64,000 nucleotides of DNA from the human T2T-CHM13v2.0 reference genome, Homo sapiens (GCF_009914755.1 NC_060927.1); one strand, 5' to 3'. Positions 1 to 15,369 are shown, counted from the stretch's first letter. The notes: generated by a model not told the origin, from the letters alone. Numbers and translations are program-made.

Positions 1-792
1 AACTCAGGCTGGTATTGCTGGATGTACAGGTGTGGAGAACAACAGCAATGGGGACCTTTCTCTCAGTATAATGATCAGCCCATGGCTTCTCCTGAAGGAG
101 CAACTTTTCGAGGATTAAAGGGGTTATGATTTGGAAATGTATTGCTTCCTTTCCTCTTTCTGCCCTATAAACTCACTCCTTTAGTGATGTCTATGAATAC
201 TTTTCTATTTGCCCCTCTGGCTTTTTTAAATGAAAACAGTTTCTACTCCTTCCTTCCCTCCCACACACACTTTCTCACGAGCAGATACATACTTACATGA
301 AACTCTCTGACCTCTTGTGGATCCACATATTTTGGGCATGTACATGAAGCCATTTATAGGGGTTAATCCATGAATCATAGACAGAAGATTCTCATTAGGA
401 ATGGGCAGTGGCCTCTTTAGGCTTGCATAGTGCTTAACAGTATTAGAAGGTAGAAAACTCAACATTTCATGGGAGGCTTATAGGGTCACAGCAGACGTTG
501 CATTTTAAAATTAAAAACTCAGATATTGTATTAAGCCCAAGGGGCAATAATCAGAAATGATGGCAGCACTTTGTTCAGGGCCTGGCATCTAGTAAGTTGT
601 CAAAAACATTTACTGAGAAAGTGAATTACACTCTCCTCCTTCCCTTACCCCTTAGGTTTTCAAGATAAAAAGTTACAAAACAGAGCTTTAGGGAAAATCA
701 ATTTTATTTCAGGATAAATAGCAAGTATTTCTGGAATGCTAAAAGGTGAAACAAATTTTATTTTTATTTCTCTTTTTAAAAAGTCAATTTTT

Positions 793-1360
<568 letters not shown>

Positions 1361-2121
1361 AACAATTTTTAAATTTCTCTGCAGTTAAACTCCAATAGGG
1401 CTATGGAAAATTTCATGCAGATTTGCTGTGTTTCAGTGAATGAAGTTTTGTCTTTGGTGTAAAATCGGCTCCCTTGATTGAGCCCGTGTTAGGGGGCTGC
1501 TGTTTGTTTTCAGCAGCACACACAAAGCCCTCAGGGCCTGGGCACTCACTTCATTGCTGAGAGTCTTAGACTTTCCCTCTTGGTCTCAAATTAGTTTTAC
1601 TGAAACCCTATCTTTATGTGGGTCAGGGCTTCCGTCTTCCTTAAAAACTTTTTTTTTCCTTTAAAAACAAAAACACACCCTCCCATTTCCAGAAATTCCT
1701 GCACTTCTTATTTCCTGTTGGCTTATTTAGGGGCATTTTTTGCTAATGAAGTTTCGAGAGGATTTCTTGAAACAAAGTTATGTAACTTTGCTGATTTCAA
1801 ACTGTCTTTTTTGCTAAATTCTTAACTGTTGAGTCTCTCTGTTTAGAACAGAGGCTTCTTCTTAACTACCGATGGTCATAACAGTGAAACTAGATCTCAG
1901 TTTTGAAGAATGTCAGTGCATTATGCATTTTTTTTCCTTGTCTGATCCCAGACAAAACGATCCTCTTCTTTAAAATGGCTGTTTCAGCCTCCTATTTTAA
2001 CCCTGCCAATCAGACTCCAAGACATAGACCCATGGGCTTGTTTCTGGGCTCCCTCCTGGGATATCCTGTTAAGAAAAGTACCTCGTGCCTCTAGCCAGGA
2101 CTGCAGGTTCCGGTCCCAAGA

Positions 2122-2447
2122 TTTTTTCTTTTTTCTTTTCTTTCTTTCTTTCTTTTTTTCTTTTTGAGACAAGTTTGTTCTCTGTCACCCGGGCTGGAGT
2201 GCAGTGGCATGAACCTCGAACTCCTGGGCTCAAACAATCATTTTCCCTCAGCTTCTGGGTAGCTGGGACTACAGGCACACGCCACCACACCCTACTAATT
2301 TATTTTATTTTCTTCTTCTTTTTTTAAAGTAGAGGCAGGGTCTTGCTGTGTTGCTCAGGCTGGTCCCGAACCCTTGGCCTCAAGCAATCACCCTACCTTG
2401 GCCTCCCAAAGTGCTGGGATTGCAGGCGTGAGCCACTGTGCCCAGCC
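2122..2447 (-). mobile_element. AluJ SINE
   Basis: T/CTTT tract followed by reverse-complement Alu with AluJ-like diagnostics (CTCCTGGGCTCAA, CTCAAGCAATC). Confidence 0.9.
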
Positions 2448-3962
2448 TCCAGTCCCAATTCTGTCTTGGTTTCCCCATCTGCAAAGGAAGGATTCTGTAG
2501 TGGATGTTTTTATGCTTCTTTCAATCTCAGGCTCTGATTTGTTCTGGCATCTAAATGGATGCCAGCTATTCCACTTTCAAAAACCTCAGAGAAGAAAATT
2601 CTAGAGTCCATGGTTTCTTTTCTTTAATTTTTATGCCTAATAACTCTGTAAAAATTTCTTTCTCCCATCGCATAAATCCTTTCCCATTCAATCAAATGTC
2701 CTTGAAGCAGAAACACATGCCTACTTCTGCAGCCACACAGATAGTTGGCCTTTGCACACTGGTTGATGTAGGGTTTTGCACCTCTTCTTCATAAATGTTG
2801 GCTACCATAATTATTCAAATGTTCCCAGAATAAAGATTATAGGTATAATGGCATGGTGCAAGGAGGCTGGGCTTCAGCTGGGGCAGCCGGCCCCTCACTT
2901 TCAGGGTGATCTTGGCTCTCTGAGTTTCCTTTTCCCCAGAGGTAAGGTTGGGGGGACCTGCCCTCCTGGGCCGCAGGGCTGTCGTGAGGATGAACTGAGA
3001 TGCACCAGAAGAGTGGCTGTCTTTACAATATGTGATTATGTTGCATCCTGTCACCTGCTGGCCCAAGGACAGGGATTTAATTGTGTACTGAGACCCTTTG
3101 GGAAGTGCTTTTAGATCCCTATGGAATCCTTGGTGGAATGCGATGGGCTATAAATACAAGAAGAAAATAGGTAGAGTGAAAATAGAGACTTCTGGAGAAT
3201 CTGGCTTCCTGTGACTCCACTGGGGTGCTGGGCGGGAGCGCTTTTTCAGAGCATGGAGACTTTCCTTGTACCTCCCCTCATTCCCTCATTCCCCTATTCC
3301 CCAGGGTTTAAAAAAAAAAAAAAAAAAAAAGAACTTTCCCCGAACTTTCCCATTCCTCTGCCCTGGCTGCTAATGCTGAAATTCCATCTTGTGTTTGTTG
3401 TCACCCGCAGGTCTGTTTCCATGGTTACCCAAATTCCAGGCACTGGCCCCAGGCCCACCACAACGCATCCCTCAAAGTCTCTTTGGCAGAGGAAAAGCAT
3501 TTCTCCTTGCTGCGGCAAGTCAGAGCCAGAATCTCGGGTTCTCCTGCTCCAAAGCCCCCACTACACCCTCATTCGCGTGTGATTCATGCGTTTAGGTGGT
3601 TCTGCTCAGCGTCGTTTTTTGAGTTGGGGGGCGGTGAGTAAGCACAATATAAGTTTCCTTCATTTCTCTTCTCCTTGTTTGAGCTAAGGAATTACTTTCT
3701 TGTACCAAACATTACACCCTTGGAAAACACTCCAGATGGTTCTCATTAAAATTCCAATTCCTTTTTTTGCAATTCATTTTTCCCCATTCTCCTCAAACTA
3801 CTATCTCAAAAATAAACACCAGGCTGAGGAGCAAGTGAGGGGTCTGTGAATAGCAGCTCCAGTGAATGGAATCTTTCAGAGACCCCTGGTGTGGCCCTGA
3901 AGGCGCCTGCAGCTTCTCTTCTTGCCAAGGGTCACCTGGCCCTTCATAGGGAGGCCAGGGGT

Positions 3963-4110
3963 AGCAGCCCTGTGGCATCCTCACCAGGGAGAGTCCAAAC
4001 ACACATGGGGGGCATGTGCATAGGGATGCACATGAACACACAGGGATGCCGAGTGCAGCAGCCCCATGCACTGTCACCAGGGAGCGTCCAAACACACGTG
4101 GGGGGCATGT
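3963..4110. repeat. Imperfect direct duplication (two copies, about 93 bp apart)
   Basis: TCACCAGGGAG(A/C)GTCCAAACACAC(A/G)TGGGGGGCATGT at 3981-4017 and 4074-4110. Confidence 0.85.
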
Positions 4111-4709
4111 TCGATGGCAAAGGTGCCCTAAGGGGGCCATGGGCTCTGCTGCCTCTGCAGGAAGAGGGGCAGAAGGCCAGCTAGGCCTCTGTTCCCCAAC
4201 AGGCTGGGCCCAGACCATGCTTTGCAGAGGGGCTGTCCACCTTCTTTAGTATACAGCGAGGCCTCTGCAGATTTCTAAAGACACTGGCCACAGGAGCGAG
4301 GTGATGCTTACTCTAAGAAGCGGACAAGGAGAGACTGCCAATGCCTTTTGGCCATAATTGCAGCTGAGCAAGTCACAGGCTTTGCTCCCACATCTGGAAA
4401 AATCTGCATGCACAGGAAAAGTATGTGTGTGTCCAGTGATGTGTATTTGATATGTTTTTATTTTCAACTTTATGTTATGAAAAAATTTAAAAATACAGAA
4501 AAGTTGTAAGAATGGTACAATGAACAGCCATATCACTCCACCTAGATCCAACGAATGTTACATTTTGTCATATTTCCTTTCCCTCTCTCTCTTTCCAGAT
4601 ACACAGAGAGATAAATACATATCCTTTGCTTAGACATTTGAAAGTTAGGATCTTGTCCCTATAGCATTTTATAACCTAGTAATCTATGCATTAATGCAAT
4701 CATATACTG

Positions 4710-5376
4710 CAGTCATGCACTGCATGACAATGTTTTGGTAAATGATAGACTGCATATACAATGGTGATCCCATAAGATTATAATACCAGGCCAGGTGTGG
4801 TGGCTCAAGCCTGTAATCCCAGCACTTTGGGAGGCCAAGGTGGGCTGATCACCTGAGGTCAGGAGTTTGAGACCAGCCTGGCCAACATGGTGAAACGCTG
4901 TGTCAACTAAAAAAAAATACAAAAATCTATTTTGCGCCTGTAATCCCAGCTGGTTGGGAGGTCGAGGCACAAGAATCGCTTGAACCCGGGAGGTGGAGAT
5001 TGTAATGAGCTGAGATAGCACTGAGCTGAGATTGTACCACTGCACTCCAGCCTGGGTGACAGAGTGAGACTAAGTCTCCAAAAAAAAAAAATTATAATAC
5101 CATATTTTTACTGTACCTTTTTATGTTTAGATATATTTAGGTACACAAGTAATTACCATTGTGCTACAATTGCCTACAGTATTCAGTACAGTAACATGCC
5201 ATGCAGGTTTGTAGCCTGGGAGTAAGAGGCTATCCCATAGAGCCTAGGTGTGTAGTAGGCTCTAGCACCTGGGTTTATATAACTGTGCTGTGTGATGTTT
5301 GCACAACAACAAAATCACCTAATAATGCAAATACATTTCTCAGAGCATATCCCTGTGATTAAGTGACACATGACTG
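4710..5376. mobile_element. Tigger3-like (TcMar) DNA transposon interrupted by an Alu
   Basis: Terminal inverted repeats CAGTCATG...CATGACTG followed by TA; internal sequence typical of Tigger3/MER7. Confidence 0.75.
4789..5090 (+). mobile_element. AluS SINE nested in Tigger3
   Basis: Alu consensus with A tail; TSD ATTATAATACCA. Confidence 0.95.
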
Positions 5377-5936
5377 TATATGAATATATTCTTATTGTAA
5401 AATATTCAAACATCCGAATAGTACAGACACATAGAGTATAAGCAAAACCCAGGCATGAGCCCCTCCTCATCTCACCTTCCCCACTCCCCAGGGTTGCTTG
5501 GCTTGTGTCTCTCCTGAACTGTGAGTTTATTTAGACATACATGTGTTTACACAGAAATATATATTTTTGTGACATGTGTTTTTAAACATAAATGATATAA
5601 TACTATGCGTGCTGTTTTGCAGCTTATTTTTCACTTGGAAATGTGTCTGGGATCTTTCCATATTAGTATTTGGAGCTCTGCCTCATTCTTTGACTACTGC
5701 AGAACATGCCAAAGCATGGTTGTATAATAATTTCTTAAATATTCCCTCTTGATGGGCATTTCAGCTACTTAGTATTATTTTTCCATTACTCACAATGATG
5801 CATTTAACATCCTTGAGAAATGTTGCCTTAAGGACATGTACCAATATGTCTCTTTGACAGATACCTAGAGGTGGGATTGCTGGGTTGGATGAGATGCACA
5901 TTTTATACTTGGATAGATACTGCCAAATTGCCTTCA

Positions 5937-6312
<376 letters not shown>

Positions 6313-8732
6313 TCAGTCTTTTTAAGTGTTGACTTTGTAATGAATGAGAAATAATATAGCATTGCTGGTTTAGTTTGAATTTCTTTGATTATTAGTGAGG
6401 TGTCAGAGTTCAGCTAGAAATGACAGAAGCCACTCCCTTAGTTTATGTAGAAAGTGATTTAATATAGGGAATTGAGTGTTTAACATTTTGTCAGATAAGG
6501 TAGAATAGCAAGTTCAGGATGAGCTTCGAGGACTGATTCCCAGAACTCCAGCTCAGAACGGACCCACCAAGGGAGCTTTCCCTTCCCTCATGACCTGGAA
6601 GCTGGGGATTTGGGAAGCTGGGCCCCCAACTGCTGGCTCGGCAATCAGAAACCAGGAAGCCTCAGCCATATCTGGTCTCCAGAACCATACTGCCTCAGCT
6701 GTGTGGTAGATGCTCTACGTCCTGGCCACAACGCCCACGAAGCTGGAGACTGGATCTAGACACTGAGGTCTTTGCTGTTGTTAATGCAGGGAAGAAACCA
6801 AAAACAAACAAACAAAAAACCAAAATAACCCCAATCAAAACACAAAAAACAAGGACCTTCTCAACTCTGTCTGCCAGTGGAGTTAGTAGGTCTCTTGAGG
6901 GTACAACCAATCAAGAGAAACCAGGTCACAGAGAAACCAGCTCAGCTCTTAGGGAGCCAGGAAGCTGCAGGCTGTGGCTTTCCAGGCTCCAGCATGCAGT
7001 GAGGCAAGCTGCAAGGCGGCAGCATGGGAAGTAGGGAAAGTCAGTCTGAAATATCCGCCATCATCATGTTTTCAGGTCTTCCATCTTTTTTCTATGACTC
7101 GCCTGATGGTACTCACTGCCTATTTTTCTATTGGGGTTATATTTTCTTACTAATTTATAGAAGTTTTATGGGTTATCTGGAACCTTTTTTTTGTCTTTTA
7201 TACGTTTTATGAATACCTTCTATTCTTTTAAATTTATATTTTTTGTCATGTAGAAATTTTGTTAATCTATTTTTGTACTTTCTGCTTCCTGGCTTTTGTA
7301 AATTACTTAAGAAGGCTTTTCCTACATCAAATATCCTAAAGTATTCAACTACATTTCCTTCTAACACCTTTAACAATTTTTTCATGTTTAATTCTTGAAA
7401 CCCTAACATGGGTTGTTGTTTTTTCCTAAATGGAAAACCATTGTCTCAGCATAATTTGTTGAATAATTTGTCTTTCAAATTATTAAATATTTTATAAATT
7501 AAATTTAAAAAATTTAAAGGAGAATTTTAAAAAATATAGAATGAACTCTTTCTGCTTTCTGAAGCAAAGCCAGGATGAAGCTCTAAAAAATAAACTTGTT
7601 ATCACTTCATATTTTGGCTTCATAACAGGCTCAAAAATTAGAGGTTTAATATTCCCTAAAGTATAGATATGACAAGATTATTCCCCTAATTACAAGCCTT
7701 GATTGGGCCCCCTTTTCCTGAAGACCAAAGTTCAATCTCCGTAGACTAGTCCTCTGTCTGCTCAGCACTGCTCCCCGCCCCATCATGGGCCTTTGCAATC
7801 TTACTTCCCTGCTCCTTTGCCTAGAAGGGAGATCACATCAACTGAACCGGCCGACAAAGCAGAAAACTTGTAAAGATATCTATGTCAGCAATTTTTTAAA
7901 ATGACATTGTAATAATCTATTTATGATGCTTCTCTCACTTACTGGTATTTCTCAATGTGGTCACTATCAGAGTTTTGGATAGAACAATTCTTCTTTGCAG
8001 TATATTTACTAACCCCAACATCTCACTAAATGTAGCAGTATTCTCTGGTACCTCCCCCACCATCCCAGACATTGTGACAACCAAAAAAAAAAAAAAAAAG
8101 TTCCCATATGTTTCCAAACACACCAGCCCTACCCTTAGTTGAAAAGAAGAGAGAGAGGGAGAAAGAAAGTCAGAAATGACAGAATGTCATCACCATAAGG
8201 TGCTGTCCTAATTCATCTTCTAATCTCCAGATGTTCAAATCTGGCCTTTGTTTCAAAAGGCTACCTTCTCCACAAAGCTTTCCTAAATTCCCTCAACTGC
8301 AGGAGATCTATTTCTTCTCTGACTCCCCTCTTCCATGGTACTACCACCATCCATTCATCCATCCATTAATTCATCCATCTCTTTGCCTACTTGCACCACT
8401 GCACTATCTATCTAGTAAGTATTTCTTTAGCATTTATTGTGTACTAGGCACACTGACCACTTTCTTCTTATATTTTGGCTTTTTATATGATAAGTGTCTT
8501 ATCTGGTCTAACACAGTGTAACCTCAGGCACAATTCACGTCTGACTTACGTATGCTTCTCTCAGGGTGCCTTGCACAGAGCTGATGCTCACTGCTGAGTA
8601 TTAGAGGAATGAAAAGTTATTGATTGCAGACATAAGTTTTAACATACATTTCAAATATTTATTCAAAGGCAGTGAGAGTAGTTTTATTTATTTTTATTTT
8701 TATTTATTTATTTTTTTAAATAATGCTTTTCT

Positions 8733-9027
8733 GGCTGGGCGTGGTGGCTCACTCCCATAATCTCAGCACTTTGGGAGGCCAAGGCAGGCAGATCACCTGA
8801 GGTCAGCAGTTTGAGACCAGCCTGGCCAACATGGCAAAACCCCGTCTCTACTAAAAATACAAAAATTATCCGTGAGTGGTGGCATGTGCCTGTAATCCTA
8901 GCTACTCGGGAGGCTGAGACAGGAGAATTGCTTGAACCTGGGAGTCGGAGGTTGCAGTAAGCTGAGATCATGCCACTGCACCAGCCTGGGTGACAGAGCA
9001 AGACTCTGTCTCAAAAAAAAAAAAAAA
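8733..9027 (+). mobile_element. AluS SINE
   Basis: Full Alu with A tail; TSD AATGCTTTTCT. Confidence 0.95.
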
Positions 9028-9639
9028 TGCTTTTCTGACTCAAAATATCAGCATTATTACTTGAAAAAATTATCCACAATCTCATTGCCTTTTCAGGAGG
9101 ATATAAAGTAAGGTGGGACAATTTCCTTCCTCACCAGTTTAATCTTGTCCCTAGAAGTAACGACTGCCAATGGTTTCTTTTCTTCCAGACTTTATAAAAT
9201 ATGTTTATGCATATTCACATACAGATATGCCCATATGTACATTTATTAGGTTTAAATTAGCACATATATTAAAGCGCTACATGAAACATGAATTTAAGAA
9301 TGAAATTACACAATTATGAAGTAAACAAATCATGTTTAACTTAAATGTGTATAGTTCTTTATAACTGCAAAACAGTTTTAAGTATGTTTTGACTCTCCAG
9401 CCCTAGGAAGTAGGCTCAGTGAAGTTAACAATCAGGCTCCTGGTCACAGAGTCAGCAACTGTGGAGCCAGAACCTGAACCCGGGTCTTCTGTCTCCTAAT
9501 TCATGGCTGTTTCCACTGTGTAAAATGATCCCTAAGAATTATCTGCAAGTTATTATTTATATAATAAAATTATTCTTTGCTTGACTTCAGAGTAGCAATG
9601 TAAACTTTTTTGAAATACTTATTGTATTACATTGAAAAC

Positions 9640-9880
9640 AATGGCTAATATTTACCAAGTGCTACCATGTGCCAGAAACTTTTCTAAGCACTTTACTTGC
9701 ATTGTCTCATTTACTCCTTCAAGAAGCCTTTCATGTAAGCAGTATTATCAACCGCATTTTCAATGAGGAAACTGGGGTTCAGAAAGGCAGATAACCTGCT
9801 TGGAGATGGACTGGTGTGTTGCTTGGCTGGGTTTTGAACCTAGGTCTTTCTTGCCTCAAAGGTGTGTCCTCTTAGCCATT
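9640..9880 (-). mobile_element. MIR SINE
   Basis: MIR core motifs: CCATGTGCCAG, CATTTTCAATGAGGAAACTGGGGTTCAGA, TTTGAACCTAGGTCT. Confidence 0.7.
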
Positions 9881-10075
9881 GTACTTTGAGGCAGCCTACA
9901 TACATTTTACTCACATATAATTTTAAGTAAATAACTATTATGTAAAACAGAATGAGATATGAATTTGATGTAAGTTCTACTTTAGAGATAATTGCAATTT
10001 GAATGACATAAGAAAACAAGTCCAATGTATAGACTAGGATGTTTAGATAAATGCTTGAATAAGAGCAAGGGAGAG

Positions 10076-10395
<320 letters not shown>

Positions 10396-10523
10396 AAGAG
10401 CAAGGGAGAAAACACAGTAAGCAAGAGAGAAATAGGAACAAACATGGAGATTGATTGATTGAAAGAGAGAGCCTGGATGAAAGAGGCAGGCAGCAGAGTC
10501 AATGCAAGGGAGAGGGACTAGAG

Positions 10524-10570
10524 CTCCAGCCCTCTCCACTTCTGCCTCCAGCCCTCTCCACTTCTGCCTC
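10524..10570. repeat. 22-bp perfect tandem duplication
   Basis: CTCCAGCCCTCTCCACTTCTGC x2 plus CTC. Confidence 0.95.
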
Positions 10571-11996
10571 GAGTCCATCTGAGACTCTACAAGCCAGCCT
10601 GGGACTCATTTTTCTTACACTCCTGGAGCCCTTGCTGTATGATGCGTGTATGTCTGGACTAAGATCTCAGACTGAAAAATAGGCACCTAATCTCCAGGCC
10701 CAGAGGGGAGCAGTAGGGTAAGTGGGGAGAATATCCTTAACATCTGCCCATCCCTGAGAGTAGGGGCTGGGAGGCGAGAGTGGTGACAATGAGGCCAGGA
10801 AGAAGAGCCTCATCAGGCAGACCCATGCCTCCTGTCTGTCTGGGCTGAGTAAAGGGAGGCTGCATCAGGTCTTAGTCATTGACAGGTGTCAGGCATCCTC
10901 ACTGGCCAAGAGGCAGGGATGCATCCACCTCACTCTCACCAGAAGCCCTGCGCCATTAGACTGTGTGCCACTTCAAGTGAGTACCACTCTGTGGGCATGG
11001 TGGAGGGGAAGAGGGGAACTGCTGGAGACTAAGATGACAGGTGGGGAGGAAGCACGGGCAGAGATGCCAAGAAGGTAGAAGAGATCATGCATGGGCAGAG
11101 GAAAACCCCTTTTGCCTTTGGGTGGTGGCAGCACGATAAAGGGGATCTGAGTCACAGGGAAGGCGTGGAATAACTGGGATGGGTCTGTACGTCAACCTCT
11201 CCCCTACTTCCTTTGGAGTCATTTGGTTGTTTTCAAATTCTCCACCCTTTGCCTGTTCCCCCCACCCACCCCCATCAAATCCGGTTTGTGTGTGGTGTGC
11301 GTGTGTTTGTATACACACACAGTTGGCTCTTGGTAAGAATAATATTAGCTGAAAACAGGAAATTGCAATTATCTGACTATTTTTGATGTATAAAAACAGC
11401 TTTTTCATATGGTTCAACCCAGTTGGTAAACTAAAATAAAAATCTAGGTGGAAATCCTTATAGTAATGAGCAGAACTAATGAAGGAATGGGGTAACCACT
11501 GGTCCCAGCTCTGTAGTTGTGTTTCTCACACCTGCAGCACTCAAGAGGCTCGATTCTGCAACAGCTGCATTGCTGTGACCAGGGTGACAGAGTGCAAGTT
11601 CATATAGTAGTTGGCTAAGAGACAGATGAAATTTAGGCAGGGACATGCCCTGAGATTGGGTGATAACCTCACCTCAAGTTCTGTACCTCTCCTTCCTCCC
11701 ATGGTCAGTGAGGCTAGTTTTCAGGAGGCAAAAAAGACAGAGGGTTCAGTTGAGCTGAGGAACCGATTTCAGCAACTGCCTAGGAGATCATTCGAGGACC
11801 TGAACCCCTGTCAGGACTCTGGCAAGCCCGGGGGTCTGACCCAGCATTCTCCCTGTCGCTCCTCCTGGCCCTGGTTGCTTTTCTGTCACCCCAAAGGCCA
11901 ACACCCACAGTCCCTTGAATTCTCACTTCTAAGGTGAGGGCATTTGCTGGGTTTAGTCACTGTCCAGCATGGAACCCTGATGGATACCATAGATTC

Positions 11997-12175
11997 AAGG
12001 ATCAGCTACCCAATTTATGGGGCCAAGTACCAAATGAAAATGTGGGTTCCTTGTTAAAAAATTATTAACACTTTCAAGACAGCAAAAGCGGAGCATTATA
12101 CCAAATGCAGGCCCTTTTGAGTGCAGGCCCAGGGCAACTGCCTTGCTTGCACGCCTGAGCAGCTAGCTGGTCCAG
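11997..12175 (-). mobile_element. MER45-like hAT DNA transposon
   Basis: AAATGAAAATGTGGG...TTGTTAAAAAATTATTAACACTTTCAAGAC resembles the reverse of the MER45 consensus as I recall it. Confidence 0.6.
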
Positions 12176-12409
12176 GCTGGTTCCGGTGCAGAGGCCAGGA
12201 CCATCCATCATCTGGGCCAGGAAGGCCACAAGGTATGAAGTCCCTTTAGGAGACCATCCAGCTGCCTTTTCAGGCCTGCCACTACCCAGTCTTTCCTCGA
12301 GAGCTCACTGATGGCGTATGGCACAGTGAGAGTGAGAAACTGGTGAACAAATATAACTGTGGGTAAAGCGGGGCCAAATCAAGAAAGGAAGCTTTGAAAA
12401 ACAGTCTTT

Positions 12410-12839
12410 TCATGGAATTAACCTAAATGCCCACCAATGGCAGACTGAATAAAGAAAATGTGGTACATATACACCATGGAATGCTATGTAGCCATTAAAA
12501 AGGAGATCAGGTCCTTTGCAGGAATGTGGATGGAGCTGAAGGCCATTATCCTTAGCAAACTAACGAAGAAACAGAAAGCCAACACTGCATGTTTTCATAA
12601 GTGGGGGCTAAATAATGAGAACCAATAGGCACAAACTGGGGAAAAGCAGACACTGCAGCCTACTTGAGGGAGGAGGGTGAAGGAGGGAGGGGATCAGGAG
12701 AAATAACTACTGGGTACTAGGCTTAGTACCTGAGTGATGAAATGATCTGTATACCAAACTCCTGTGACAACAGTGTCCCTGTATTAAAAAATCTGTACAT
12801 GAATAAGAGTTTTTGTTTTGTTTTTTTTTTTTTAAAAAA
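12410..12839 (+). mobile_element. 5'-truncated L1PA/PB 3' end
   Basis: L1 3' UTR motifs (AAGAAAATGTGGTACATATACACCATGGAAT); 14-bp TSD GAAAAACAGTCTTT at 12396 and 12840. Confidence 0.9.
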
Positions 12840-13281
12840 GAAAAACAGTCTTTCTAGAGCCTAATGGATTATTCCTGGATGATGCCTAAATTATCCAAAC
12901 GATTTCATGCAAAGATCTGGGAAACAGCTTAATGAAAGAGCCCCAGGCCTGACTATAAGTTGGGGACACAGGTGGGCAAAATTCCTGGTTCCAGACCTCT
13001 TTTTCTTTAACCAAAAGTTCTGAACTGCCCTCAACTTTTGGGTGCCCTCACTTTGCCCCCGACAAAGCATGAGTGGGGAGCCCACTAGGTGAGCTGCTCA
13101 GTCCAAGCCTGGCTGGCCAGAATCCCAGGAAGGCTGTGCTTTCCTCACATAACCGCTAGCTAGCACTTTGGGCAGCCCAGGTATGCAGAATCACTTTCAA
13201 GCGAAAGATCACACGTATTGAGAATCTTCAGCGTTCAGAGCTAACAATCAGCCAGTGATTCAAACTTTCTAAAAGGAATTG

Positions 13282-13297
13282 AGCGCCCCCTGCTGGG
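13282..13297 (-). promoter_or_regulatory. CTCF motif
   Basis: Minus strand reads CCAGCAGGGGGCGCT, a near-perfect CTCF core consensus. Confidence 0.75.
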
Positions 13298-13665
13298 TAT
13301 TGTAGCATTGACATTAAACTATCCTCTCAAATGCATCAAAATCTGAAACTACAGAGATTTAATCTCGTATAAAATCCAGTGACAACAGGACTCATGGTGA
13401 CAACATTATATATGAGTTTGATAAAAGGTTGAATCTTTAAATGTTTCATGACTCCCATGCTCCTATTAAAAATGCTTCTAGTTCTTTATCTCAATTTTAG
13501 AAACAAGGTACACACTTTAAAGTTCTAAGTATTCTGGTAGGATTTTCTTCCCATGTCACAGAAAGTTTTACAGGAAAGGTAACATGGTCCTGGGAGAGGA
13601 CATGGGTTTTGGGATCAGACAACCTAGGCTGGAATCCATTTACTATTTGAATGACTTGGAATAAG

Positions 13666-13667
<2 letters not shown>

Positions 13668-13696
<29 letters not shown>

Positions 13697-14000
13697 GACG
13701 GAGTCTCACTCTGTCGTCCAGGCTGGAGTGCAGTGGCACCGTGTCAGCTCACTACAACCTCTGTTTCCTGGGTTCACATAATTCTCCTGCCTCAGCCTCC
13801 CAAATAGCTGGGATTACAGGCGCCCACCACCATGCCCGGCTAGTTTTTTGTTTGTTTGTTTTTGTTTTTAATATATTCTTAGTAGAGACGGGGTTTCATC
13901 ATGTTGGCAAGGCTGGTCTCAAACTCCTGACCTCAGGTGATCTGCCCGCCTCAGCCGCCCAAAATGCTGGGATTACAGGCGTGAGCCACCGTGTCCAGCC
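13668..14000 (-). mobile_element. AluS SINE inserted in a MIR
   Basis: Long T tract then reverse Alu; TSD TGGAATAAGTCTTT. Confidence 0.95.
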
Positions 14001-15369
14001 TGGAATAAGTCTTTCAATGTTAACTTGGAACAAATCATTTAAGTCACCATCTCCTGATCAATAAGGACAATGCTATCCACCTAAAAGGTGAATGTCAGGG
14101 CTGGAACTCATGTGTTTAAAGTGCATAGAAGTGCTTGATTAACCATCGTGTCATCGTTACGATACTATTACGATGTGAGTCTAAGTTGGGTTTCAAAGGA
14201 TGAGCAGCCCCTGGACTCAGACCTTGTTTCCAGAGACTAGGGGCTGTAACTTTAGTCCTGTGTCTAGCTCAGAGATCTAACCCCTGGGTCATGAGGGCAG
14301 TGCTCACACTGGGCAAGTCTGGACAATTCCACCTCGAACAAATATTTCAAGTCCTTCTACTTTTACCTCTATCTTGCCAATCCAAACTACCATCATTTCT
14401 CACTTGAGCCAAAGCAAAGCTCTTCTAATTTTTCTTTCCACTTCTATTCTTATCTCCAAAGTGATATATACATATATATATATTTAAATCCAATCTGATC
14501 AGGCCACTCTCTCTAGTTAGAACCTTTCAATGACTTAGAAAAACTTTTTTTAGCCAGACACCTGCCTACCCACCTTGCTTATAATGCCAGTCCTACCTCC
14601 TGGCTTTATGCAGTTAGCTCTCTCTGTAAGCAATCCTCATCTCCCAATTCTTTCCCTTATTACTACTACTCATCCTTTGGGTGTTGGGTCACAAGCTCAA
14701 GGAGGGTACAAGAGATAGCACATTTCTTTTTTTCAAAGCAAATTAAGTCCATTTGGCCTCACTCTGCTGCACTGCAAGCAGAAATTAATTCTGTGGTCCC
14801 TGGGGTGTCCTTTCCCCTTCTTAGGGTCTTGCAAGCATTTAGGACACTCATGAATGACCTGGAAAAATGGGTAAAGACCTCTACTCTTCAGTCTATCTGG
14901 GTCGTTGCTATTATCTTCACTGCCAAGTCTGAGGGGGCCCTTGTAGGAGGGGGTTCCAAGCTTGGAGGTCTTTGCCTTTTCTGGAAGACTCAGTGTTGAG
15001 GTGCAGGTTTCCTCTGGAGCACCCAACAAACCATGAAACTCTGAAGTTCACCATCTCACTGTGGTACTGAGTGGAACACAGCTTTCCACTACTCCTAAGA
15101 GGTTCCTGTCTGCAGACCCTCTTCTCTCCCACCCTCCCCTGCTTCCCAAACAAGGACTAGGGTTATTATTAAGCATGTCCGCTTCCTGATGTGCACGGGA
15201 AGCACACAGGACCTGGTTACTTCCTTGGAGATTGGAAAAAAATTCAGAGAAAAAATTAGTATTTCAAATTATGTGCTATAAAAGCTGCTAATCACAAGGT
15301 CTCCCTTGGATTATTCAATATAAATCAGATCCCCTCCAGTCACATTCTCCTATACTGCAGCAGTACTGT

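Noticed and set aside
12808-12840. T-rich tract in place of an L1 poly(A) tail, suggesting an inversion
   Set aside because: More simply a mononucleotide expansion at the L1 end; TSDs are intact
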